Assembly (NCBI GenBank): GCA_036399875.1
Contig: DASWMG010000292.1
Location: 1 to 25,758, forward strand
Origin: Solirubrobacterales bacterium
Lineage (GTDB): Bacteria; Actinomycetota; Thermoleophilia; Solirubrobacterales; 70-9
DNA length: 25,758 bases
Direction of reading: 5' to 3'
The position numbers were made by a program, and so were the translations under genes. Below, piece after piece: positions 7,270-15,441 of the stretch (within the stretch, counting starts at the first letter, position 1; the number at the start of each line of letters is the position of its first letter). Below the pieces are notes generated by a model, which was given only the letters and a program-made list of their open reading frames with translations, made no database searches and was not told where the DNA came from.

Positions 7270-8600
7270 GGTCCGCCCGCAACCGCGAGCTGGTCGCCCT
7301 CGTCCCTGTGGCGTTGCTGCTCAGCGCCGGCTTCGCGGCCGTCTTCGCCCAGGAGCAGGCCAAGGTCGGCGACCTCAGCCTCATCTACGGCGCCTACTTC
7401 CTCGCGGTCTGCCTCGCCACCCACGTCTTCCTGCGGCTGAGGCTGCCCAACGCCGACCCCTACCTCTTCCCGCTGGCGGCGCTGCTGACCGCCTTCGGGC
7501 TGGTGATGATCTACCGCATCGACGCCGACCTCGCCCGCGACCAGGCCAACTGGTTCGTGCTCGGCCTCGTCCTCTTCGCGCTGGCGATTCAGTTCCTGCG
7601 CGATTACGAGGTGCTGGAGCGCTACCGCTACACGATCGCGATCGCCGGCCTGCTGCTCCTGCTGGCGCCGCGGGTGCCCGGGATCGGCCAGCAGGTCAAC
7701 GGCGCCTATCTCGGCGTCAAGCTCGGGCCGCTCGCCTTTCAGCCGGCCGAGTTCTCGAAGATCTGCATCGTCATCTTCCTCGCCAGCTACCTGCGCGAGC
7801 ACCGCGAGATGCTGATCGTCGGCGCGCGGCGCGTGCTGGGGGTGACCCTGCCGCCGCTCAAGCACCTCGGCCCGCTGCTCGTCGTCTGGGGCGCGGCGAT
7901 GTTCATGCTCGTCTTCATCCGCGACCTCGGCAGCTCGCTGATGTTCTTCGCCGCCTTCCTGGCCCTGCTCTACGTCGCCACCGCGCGCTTCTCGTTCGTC
8001 GCGATCGGGATGACGATGTTCCTCGCCGGCGCTTGGTTCTTCGCCTCGACCGTGCCCCACGTCCACGACCGCATCCAGATCTGGCTCGACCCCTACCAGG
8101 ACCCGACCGACACCGGCTACCAGATCCTGCAATCGATCTTCGCCCAGGCCGACGGCGGCCTCTTCGGCGTCGGCTTCGGCCAGGCGCTGATCGAGATCCC
8201 GGGCACCAATGCGCCGCTGCTGCCGGCGGCGCAGACCGACACGATCTACTCGCTGATCGTCAACGAGGTCGGCCTCTTCGGCGCCTCGGCTCTCGTCCTC
8301 ACCTACCTGCTGTTCGCGGCGCGCGGCTTCAAGATCGCCCTGCTCGCCGACGACGGCTTCTCGAAGCTGCTGGCGACGGGGCTGACCGCGGTCTTCGCGA
8401 TCCAGGCCTTCGTGATCATCGGCGGCGTTACCCGGGTGATCCCGCTGACCGGCGTCACGCTCCCCTTCGTCAGCTACGGCGGCAGCTCGATCGTCGCCAA
8501 CTTCGTGCTGCTGGCCCTGCTCCTGCTCGTCTCCGACCGGGCCCGCCGCGAGGCTGCCGCCGCGGCGCGGACCGGACCCCTCGCCCCGGAACCGGCGTGA
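7266..8600 (+). CDS. rodA: SEDS-family peptidoglycan polymerase RodA
   Basis: Multi-TM protein with FQPAEFSK, RDLG, AQTD and IPLTGVTLPFVSYGGSS. GTGA overlap with pstP; precedes a class B PBP. Confidence 0.95.
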   Translation: MRSARNRELVALVPVALLLSAGFAAVFAQEQAKVGDLSLIYGAYFLAVCLATHVFLRLRLPNADPYLFPLAALLTAFGLVMIYRIDADLARDQANWFVLGLVLFALAIQFLRDYEVLERYRYTIAIAGLLLLLAPRVPGIGQQVNGAYLGVKLGPLAFQPAEFSKICIVIFLASYLREHREMLIVGARRVLGVTLPPLKHLGPLLVVWGAAMFMLVFIRDLGSSLMFFAAFLALLYVATARFSFVAIGMTMFLAGAWFFASTVPHVHDRIQIWLDPYQDPTDTGYQILQSIFAQADGGLFGVGFGQALIEIPGTNAPLLPAAQTDTIYSLIVNEVGLFGASALVLTYLLFAARGFKIALLADDGFSKLLATGLTAVFAIQAFVIIGGVTRVIPLTGVTLPFVSYGGSSIVANFVLLALLLLVSDRARREAAAAARTGPLAPEPA

Positions 8601-8604
8601 CGCG

Positions 8605-10056
8605 ATGAACGGCCAGATCGTCAAGCTCTTCGCCCTGATCGTCGCCCTCTTCGCCGTGCTCGTCGGCTTCACGTCCTACTGGTCGGTCTTCGACGCCGAG
8701 GCGCTGAAGGAAAAAACCGCGAACAAGCGGCCGTTGCTCGAGCAGCAGCGGATCGAGCGAGGGCGCATCCTCGCCGCCGATGGGACCGTGATCGCCCGCT
8801 CGGTGGCCAAGGGGCGCGGCGACGACCTGCGCTACGTGCGGCGCTACCCCGAAGGCAGCCTCTTTGGCCATCCGGTCGGCTACAGCTTCGTGCGCCAGGG
8901 CGACAGCGAGTTCGAGCAGTTCCACAACGACGAACTGGTCGGCAACGAGTCCGAATTCGTCTCGCTGATCGACGAGCTGCGCGGCCAGGCGCAGGAGGGC
9001 AACGACGTCGTCACCAACCTCGACCCCGAAGCGCAGCGGATCGCGATGGGGGCGCTGGAAGCGGCGGGATTCGGCGCCGTCGTCGCGATCGAGCCGAGCA
9101 CCGGGCGGGTGCGGGTGCTGGCCTCCAATCCGCCCTACGACCCGAATCGCATCCCCTTCGAACAGACCGAGCTGAACACGAGCGAACCGGAGTCGCCGCT
9201 GCTCAACCGCGCCACCCAGGGCCAGTATCCGCCCGGCTCGACCTTCAAGGTGGTGACCGCCGCCGCGGCGCTCGACAGCGGCGCGATCACCCCGGAGACG
9301 ACCCTCGACGCACCTGGCACCCTCGAGGTCGAAGGCCAGCCGCTCTCCAACGATTTCAACCAGAGCTTCAGCGGAATCGGGCTCGACACGGCGCTGACCA
9401 ACTCGGTCAACACCTGGTTCGCGCAGGTCGGCGAAGAGGTCGGCTCCGAAACCCTCTTTGACTACATGGACGGGTTCGGCTTCGGCTCGACGCCGGCGAT
9501 CGACCTGCCCGACGATCAGGTCTACCGCAGCGGCGTCTTCGAAGGCGGCGACCTGCTCGGCCGGGGCGACCCGGTCGACGTGGCGCGGATGGCGATCGGC
9601 CAGGAGCGCCTCGCCGTGACCCCGCTGCAGATGGCCGAGGTGGCGGCGGCGGTCGCCAACGGCGGCACCCTGATGAAGCCGCAGATCTGGAGCCGGGTGG
9701 TCGACCCAGACGGTCGCGTCACCGATCGCCTCGACCCGTCCCGCTACAGCCAGCCGATCGAGGAGGAGACGGCGGCGGCGCTCACCACGGCGATGGAAGG
9801 GGTGGTGAGCGAAGGGACCGGCACCAATGCCGCCATCTCCGGCGTGCCGGTGGCCGGCAAGACCGGGACGGCGGAAACGCCCTTCAACGACGCCTGCGGC
9901 GGCGCCGACGTCAACCAGGCCTGGTTCATCGGCTTCGCCCCCGCCGACGACCCCCAGATCGCGATCGCCGCTACGGTCGAGTGCACGACCGCGTTCGGCG
10001 GCGACATCGCGGCGCCGATCTTCCGTGAAGTCGCCGAAGCGCTGATCGATGAATGA
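8605..10056 (+). CDS. pbpA: Class B penicillin-binding protein PbpA
   Basis: Transpeptidase motifs STFK, SVN and KTGT, an N-terminal TM, and synteny with rodA. Confidence 0.95.
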   Translation: MNGQIVKLFALIVALFAVLVGFTSYWSVFDAEALKEKTANKRPLLEQQRIERGRILAADGTVIARSVAKGRGDDLRYVRRYPEGSLFGHPVGYSFVRQGDSEFEQFHNDELVGNESEFVSLIDELRGQAQEGNDVVTNLDPEAQRIAMGALEAAGFGAVVAIEPSTGRVRVLASNPPYDPNRIPFEQTELNTSEPESPLLNRATQGQYPPGSTFKVVTAAAALDSGAITPETTLDAPGTLEVEGQPLSNDFNQSFSGIGLDTALTNSVNTWFAQVGEEVGSETLFDYMDGFGFGSTPAIDLPDDQVYRSGVFEGGDLLGRGDPVDVARMAIGQERLAVTPLQMAEVAAAVANGGTLMKPQIWSRVVDPDGRVTDRLDPSRYSQPIEEETAAALTTAMEGVVSEGTGTNAAISGVPVAGKTGTAETPFNDACGGADVNQAWFIGFAPADDPQIAIAATVECTTAFGGDIAAPIFREVAEALIDE

Positions 10057-10071
10057 GATAGAAGGCAGCGC

Positions 10072-11949
10072 ATGCTCGAGGTGACCGAGGGCGCCGTCGT
10101 CGACCAGCGCTACCGGCTGCTGCGCCGGCTCGGCTCGGGCGGCATGGCAGACGTCTGGCTGGCCGAGGACTCCCACCTGCAGCGGCAGGTCGCGCTCAAG
10201 GTCCTGCACGCGCGCTTCGCCCAGGATCGCGAGTTCGTCGAGCGCTTCCGCCGAGAGGCGGAGGCCGCGGCGGGACTGCAACATCCCAACGTCGTCGCCG
10301 TCTTCGACCGCGGCGACGTCGACGGCACCTACTACATCGCGATGCAGCTGCTCGAGGGCCGCTCGCTGAAGGAGCTGATCGACCAGGGGCTGACGCCGGA
10401 GCAGGCGGCCGGGCTGGTGCGCCAGGTGCTGGAGGCGGCCGGCTTCGCCCATCGCCACGGCGTCGTCCACCGCGACCTCAAGCCGCAGAACGTGATCGTC
10501 GACGCTGAGGGGAAGGCGACCGTCACGGACTTCGGCATCGCCCGCGCCGGCGCCTCGGAGATCACCCAGGTCGGCTCGGTGATGGGCACCCCGCACTACC
10601 TCTCGCCCGAGCAGGCGCAGGGCCAGGAGGTGACCGCGGTCTCCGACCTCTACTCGGTCGGGGTGATCCTCTACGAGGCGTTGACCGGGCGGGTCCCGTT
10701 CGAGGCGGACTCCGCCGTGGCAATCGCGATGAAGCAGGTCTCGCAGGCGCCGCGGCGGCCCAGCTCGATCAACCCGAGCGTCTCGCCGGCGCTCGACGCG
10801 GTGACGATGCGGGCGCTGGCAAAGGATCCGGGGCAGCGCTTCCAGAGCGCCGACGCCTTCGTCGCCGCCCTCGACGCGGCGCTGCGCGAACCGGGCGTCG
10901 CCGGCCAGGGAACGGCCGCCTTCGCGCCGCTGCCGCCCCCCGTCGTCGGGTCCGAGGAGGCAGCCGCCGCGGCCGCCGCCGCGGAGGAACGCCGCCGCGC
11001 CAACTGGCTCTGGGGGGCGCTCGCCCTCGCCGTGCTGCTCGGGATCCTCGCCGGCTTCGCCCTGACCCGCGACACCAGCACCGAGGTGCCGCCGGTGACC
11101 GACAACCAGCTCAACGTCGCGATCTCGCTGCTGGAGCAGGACGGCTTCAAGGTGGGGGAGGTCAAGAAGGTGCGCCGCGACGTCGCCTCCGGCACCGTGC
11201 TGGAGCAGGACCCGCCGGCCGGCGAGGCGTCGCTCGAGTGCGCCTTCCTCAGCTTCTTCTGCTCGAAGCCGAAGGTGGGCCTGACGGTCAGCTCCGGCCC
11301 GGGCTCGGCGAAGGTCCCCGGGCTCGCCGGCGAGGCCCAGGACGACGCCGTGGCGGCGCTCGAAGAGGCGAGCTTCGAGCCGCTCGTGCGCCAGGTGAAC
11401 TCCGACGAGGTGGAAGCGGGCGTCGTGATCAAGTCGAGTCCCTCGGGCGGCTCGACGGCGACGCGCGGCTCCACCGTCGTCCTCACCGTCTCGAAGGGCC
11501 CGCGGCTGATCAAGGTCCCGGTCCTGGTCGGCACGCAGCGCTCGCTGGCGGTGCAGCAGATCCGCTCGCGCGGGCTCTCGCCGAACGTCGAAGAAGAAGA
11601 AAGCTCGGCGCCCGCCGGCGAAGTGATCCGGCAGGGCCCGAGCGCCGGCTCGGAGCTGCCGCTTGGATCGAGCGTGACGATTGTCGTCTCGCAGGGCGAA
11701 GAGCAGGTGAGCGTGCCGAGCGTGATCGGCGACGAGCGCGCCGACGCGGTGGAAGCGCTGCGCGCCGCCGGGCTCGAGCCCAACGTGACCGAAGAACCGA
11801 CCGAAGTCGAAGCGCAGGTGGGGCGGGTTACCGACCAGTTCCCGCCGCCGGGCTCCGAAGTGGAGCCCGGAAGCGGCGTCAGCGTGGTCGTCGGCAAGCG
11901 CACCCCGGGCGCCGCGGGCGTCGCCGAACCGGAAGAAGAAGTCGAATGA
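10072..11949 (+). CDS. pknB: Stk1/PknB Ser/Thr kinase with TM and four PASTA repeats
   Basis: GSGGMA, VALK, HRDLKPQN, DFG and YLSPE, TM WLWGALALAVLLGILAGFAL, and four VP-x-V/L-G...G.V...P repeats. Confidence 0.95.
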   Translation: MLEVTEGAVVDQRYRLLRRLGSGGMADVWLAEDSHLQRQVALKVLHARFAQDREFVERFRREAEAAAGLQHPNVVAVFDRGDVDGTYYIAMQLLEGRSLKELIDQGLTPEQAAGLVRQVLEAAGFAHRHGVVHRDLKPQNVIVDAEGKATVTDFGIARAGASEITQVGSVMGTPHYLSPEQAQGQEVTAVSDLYSVGVILYEALTGRVPFEADSAVAIAMKQVSQAPRRPSSINPSVSPALDAVTMRALAKDPGQRFQSADAFVAALDAALREPGVAGQGTAAFAPLPPPVVGSEEAAAAAAAAEERRRANWLWGALALAVLLGILAGFALTRDTSTEVPPVTDNQLNVAISLLEQDGFKVGEVKKVRRDVASGTVLEQDPPAGEASLECAFLSFFCSKPKVGLTVSSGPGSAKVPGLAGEAQDDAVAALEEASFEPLVRQVNSDEVEAGVVIKSSPSGGSTATRGSTVVLTVSKGPRLIKVPVLVGTQRSLAVQQIRSRGLSPNVEEEESSAPAGEVIRQGPSAGSELPLGSSVTIVVSQGEEQVSVPSVIGDERADAVEALRAAGLEPNVTEEPTEVEAQVGRVTDQFPPPGSEVEPGSGVSVVVGKRTPGAAGVAEPEEEVE

Positions 11950-12914
11950 GGGTGGCGGTGCTCTGCGGCGGCCGCTCCTCCGAGCACGAGGTCTCGCTGC
12001 GTTCCGGCGAGGCGGTCGCGAAGGGCCTTGCGGCGGCCGGCCACGAGGCCGTGCCGGTGCGGATCGCCCGTGACGGCACCTGGGAGTGGGAGGGCGGCCC
12101 GGTGGCGCTCTCGCCGGGGGCGGGACTGCTGGCCGCCGACGTCGTCTTCCCGGCTCTGCACGGGCCGTTCGGCGAGGACGGCTGCATCCAGGGGCTGATC
12201 GAGTGGCTCGACGTGCCGTACGTGGGCTCCGACGTGCTCGCCTCCGCGGTCTGCATGGACAAGCTGACCCTGAAGCGGCTCTGCGCCGAGCGCGGCCTGC
12301 CGCAGGTCGAGTTCGTTGCCGTCGGCGAGGAGGGCTGGCGCGAGCGCTGCGCCGCGCTCGGCTCGCCGCTCTGGGTGAAGCCGTCGCGGCTCGGATCGAG
12401 CGTTGGCATCAGCCGGGTCGAGGGCGCCGGCGAGGAGCTCGACCGGGCGGTCGAGCTGGCGCTGCGCCACGACCCCCGGGTCATCGTCGAGGCCTCGGCG
12501 CACGGCCGCGAGGTCGAGTGCTCGCTGCTCGGCAACGAGCGGCCAGAGGCCTCGCTGCCGGGCGAGGTGGTCGCGCACGGCGATTGGTACGACTATGAGA
12601 CGAAGTACGGCGAGGGCGGCATGGAGCTGGTCGTCCCGGCTGAGATTCCGGAGGAGCAGGCGGCCCGCGTGCGCGAGCTGGCGGTCGAGGCATTCGCCCT
12701 CGGCGGCTGCGCCGGCCTAGCCCGTTGCGACTTCTTCGTCGAGCCCGGCGGCGCCGTCCTCGTCAACGAGATCAACACGATGCCCGGCTTCACCGAAACC
12801 AGCGTCTACGCCAAGCTCTGGGAGGCAAGCGGCCTGCCCTACCCGCAGCTCTGCGACCGCCTGGTCGAGCTCGCCTGCGAGCGCTACGAGCAGGTGCGGT
12901 CGCATGAGTTCTAG
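11946..12914 (+). CDS. ddl: D-alanine--D-alanine ligase, 322 aa
   Basis: ATG 11946 (ATGA overlap with pknB) gives MRVAVLCGGRSSEHEVS, LHGPFGEDG, CMDK, GSSVG, WYDYETKY and NEINTMPGFT. The Tyr in the YDYxxKY loop indicates D-Ala-D-Ala type. Confidence 0.96.
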   Translation: MRVAVLCGGRSSEHEVSLRSGEAVAKGLAAAGHEAVPVRIARDGTWEWEGGPVALSPGAGLLAADVVFPALHGPFGEDGCIQGLIEWLDVPYVGSDVLASAVCMDKLTLKRLCAERGLPQVEFVAVGEEGWRERCAALGSPLWVKPSRLGSSVGISRVEGAGEELDRAVELALRHDPRVIVEASAHGREVECSLLGNERPEASLPGEVVAHGDWYDYETKYGEGGMELVVPAEIPEEQAARVRELAVEAFALGGCAGLARCDFFVEPGGAVLVNEINTMPGFTETSVYAKLWEASGLPYPQLCDRLVELACERYEQVRSHEF

Positions 12915-14431
12915 TCCAGCAGCTTCACGTCGCTGACCTCGACCTGGTAGCGGCCGGCTTCGTCGCGCGCTCCGGAGGGCCGCGTGAACCAGAGCAGGAA
13001 GTAGGTCGAGCGCTGCCGCACCTTGAGATCGATCTCCTGCGTGCCGCCGGCGTCCGTGACCTCGCCGACCGGCTCGCCCCACCCTTCGAGGTCTTCCGGC
13101 GGCCCTTCTGAAGCGGCGTAGACCTTGGCGTCCCAGCCGGGCGTGGGGGAGCGGACGATCATCCGCGCCGGGGTCGAGGGCGAGGAGACGGTCACGTAGA
13201 GGCCGACGCCCGCGTCCGGGCCGGTCTTGATTTCCGCGAACGAGTCGGCGTCGTAGTGCTCGCTCTCCCAGGCGGTGCCGGTCGGGTTGCCGTCGGCGGC
13301 GAAGTCGACCGTGTCGCTGCCCTCCTCGCCGTCGCCCTGCGGGTCGTAGTCGGTGGCGGAGGCGATCTTGACTGGCGTCCCTTTGCCCTCGTTGGCGCCT
13401 CCTCCGCCGATCCCGCTCGAGATCAGCTGCACGGCGAGCAGCGCCCCGCCGGCGACCAGGAGAAGGGCCGCGATCGCCGCCCAGGACAGGCGGGTGCGCC
13501 GCGACAGCTTGCGCCTCGGCGGCGGCACCGCCTCGAGGACGCTGGTCGCCTCACCCGTGGTCGTGCCCGCCCGCGCCGCCTCGACTTCGAGCGCGGTCTC
13601 CAGGTCGTCGACCATCTCGGCGACCTGCTGGTAGCGCTCGGCCGGGTCCTTCGCGGTCGCGCGCTCGACGACTAGCGCCACCGCCGCCGAGACCTCCGGT
13701 CGGCGCCGCTGCACATCGGGCAGCTCCTCGTTGACGTGTTTCATCGCGACGCCGACCTGGCTGTCGGCGCTGAACGGCACCTGGCCGACCAGCATCTCGT
13801 AGAGGACGACCCCGAGCGAGTAGACGTCGGAGCGCGGGTCCACCGGCTTTCCCATCGCCTGCTCGGGGGCGACGTAGTCGGTCGTCCCGAGCACCCGGCC
13901 CGTCGCCGTCACTCCGTCCTGTTCGAGCTGGCGCGAGATGCCGAAGTCGGTCAGCTTGGCGCGGCCGTCCTCGTCGATCAGCACGTTCTGCGGCTTGATG
14001 TCGCGGTGGACCATGTTGCGGGCGTGGGCGACCCCGAGGCCGCGCGCCACCTCGATCGCGTAGGCGATCGAGTCCTGGACGTCGAGCGCGCCCTCGCGCT
14101 TGATCCGCTGCTTGAGCGTCTCGCCCTTGACGTACTCGAAGACGATGTAGGGGTGGCCGCCGTCCTCGCCGGCGTCGATCACCGAGACGACGTTGGGATG
14201 GGAGAGCTTGGCGACGGCGCGCGCCTCCTGGCGAAAGCGCTGCAGTTGGTCCTCCTGCTCGGACATCTCGCGGTGCATCACCTTGACCGCGACCGGCCGG
14301 TCGAGCGTGGCGTCGCGCGCCAGGTAGACGGTCGACATGCCGCCGCTGCCCAGTTTGGCCTCCAGTCGGTAGCGACCGGAGAGCACGGTGCCGATCATCG
14401 AGCTGGAGGGCTGGGAGGGCTGGGTGGTCAT
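12911..14431 (-). CDS. Ser/Thr kinase with TM and an extracellular galactose-binding/discoidin-like beta-sandwich domain
   Basis: GSGGMS, VAVK, HRDIKPQN, DFG and GTTDYVAPE, TM WAAIAALLLVAGGALLAVQLI, and a C-terminal DGNPTGTAWES/GVGLYV/YFLLWFT domain. ATGA overlap with purM. Confidence 0.93.
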   Translation of the reverse strand: MTTQPSQPSSSMIGTVLSGRYRLEAKLGSGGMSTVYLARDATLDRPVAVKVMHREMSEQEDQLQRFRQEARAVAKLSHPNVVSVIDAGEDGGHPYIVFEYVKGETLKQRIKREGALDVQDSIAYAIEVARGLGVAHARNMVHRDIKPQNVLIDEDGRAKLTDFGISRQLEQDGVTATGRVLGTTDYVAPEQAMGKPVDPRSDVYSLGVVLYEMLVGQVPFSADSQVGVAMKHVNEELPDVQRRRPEVSAAVALVVERATAKDPAERYQQVAEMVDDLETALEVEAARAGTTTGEATSVLEAVPPPRRKLSRRTRLSWAAIAALLLVAGGALLAVQLISSGIGGGGANEGKGTPVKIASATDYDPQGDGEEGSDTVDFAADGNPTGTAWESEHYDADSFAEIKTGPDAGVGLYVTVSSPSTPARMIVRSPTPGWDAKVYAASEGPPEDLEGWGEPVGEVTDAGGTQEIDLKVRQRSTYFLLWFTRPSGARDEAGRYQVEVSDVKLLD

Positions 14432-15441
14432 CCCCGCAGGACTTCGCGCGATCCCTCGACGGCCCTGCCAATCGGCTTCGCGTCGGGGTAGTGGCGGCGC
14501 AGAAGTTGCAACGCCGCGGCCTCGTGTCCCGCGCCGACGACGCAGCAGAAGCCGCAGCCCATGTTGAAGACCTCGTACATCTCGCTGTCGGGGACGGAGC
14601 CCCGCTCGCGGATCAGCTCGAAGACCGGCGGCACGGACAGCGGGTCGTCGATCTCGAAGCCGCCCTCGAAGGCGAGCCGCAGCAGGTTGCCGAGGCCGCC
14701 CGAGGTGATGTGGGCGAGGCCGCGCACCTCCACGTCGGAGCGCAGCAGCTCCAGCACGGGCTTGACGTAGATCTCGGTCGGCTCCAGCAGCGCCTCGCCG
14801 AGCGGGCGGCCGAGCCGTCCTTCGGGGTCCTCGCCGAGCTGCAGGCCGTCGAGCGCGGTACGGGCGAGCGTGTAGCCGTTGGAGTGGATGCCCGAGGAGG
14901 GGAGGCCGATCACGACGTCGCCGGGGCGGATCGCCGAGCCGTCGACGATCGCGTCGAGCGCGACCGTGCCGAAGCAGGCGCCGGCGACGTCGAAACCGCG
15001 CACCATGTCGCCGAGCTGCGCCAGCTCTCCGCCCGGGATCTCGACGCCGGCCAGTTCGGCGCCGCGCGCCAGGCCGACGCCGATCTGCTCGCAGACGGCG
15101 GGGTCGGCGCGCTCGATCGCGATGTAGTCGAGCATCGCCAGCGGCTCGGCACCGACGCAGATCACGTCGTTGACGTTCATCGCCACGCAGTCGATGCCGA
15201 CGGTGTCGAAGCGTTCCAGCTGCTCGGCGACGAGCAGCTTGGTGCCGACGCCGTCGGTGGAAAGGGCGATCCCGAGCCGCTCGTCGATCCGGATGACGCT
15301 CGCGTAGTGGCCGGGCAGCGGCACCTGCCGCGACGGACGTCCCAACTCGATCGCCCCGAGCGCCCGGACCAGCCCGGCGACGGCGGAATCGGCCGCGTCC
15401 TGGTCGACCCCGGCCTTCGCGTAGGCGTCCGTATCGCTCAC
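14428..15441 (-). CDS. purM: Phosphoribosylformylglycinamidine cyclo-ligase (AIR synthetase)
   Basis: YAKAGVD, TDGVGTK, DCVAMNVND, GAEP, SSGIHSNGYTL, HITSGG and FNMGCG motifs. Confidence 0.95.
   Translation of the reverse strand: MSDTDAYAKAGVDQDAADSAVAGLVRALGAIELGRPSRQVPLPGHYASVIRIDERLGIALSTDGVGTKLLVAEQLERFDTVGIDCVAMNVNDVICVGAEPLAMLDYIAIERADPAVCEQIGVGLARGAELAGVEIPGGELAQLGDMVRGFDVAGACFGTVALDAIVDGSAIRPGDVVIGLPSSGIHSNGYTLARTALDGLQLGEDPEGRLGRPLGEALLEPTEIYVKPVLELLRSDVEVRGLAHITSGGLGNLLRLAFEGGFEIDDPLSVPPVFELIRERGSVPDSEMYEVFNMGCGFCCVVGAGHEAAALQLLRRHYPDAKPIGRAVEGSREVLRG

Noticed and set aside
11238-11945. N-terminal extension of the 558-aa ORF suggesting a ddl fusion
   Set aside because: It overlaps pknB in another frame. 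Ddl homology starts at ATG 11946.
11946-12914. ddl as a vancomycin-resistance (VanA-like) ligase
   Set aside because: It has the Tyr-type YDYETKY loop, and no vanH/vanX/vanRS genes are nearby.
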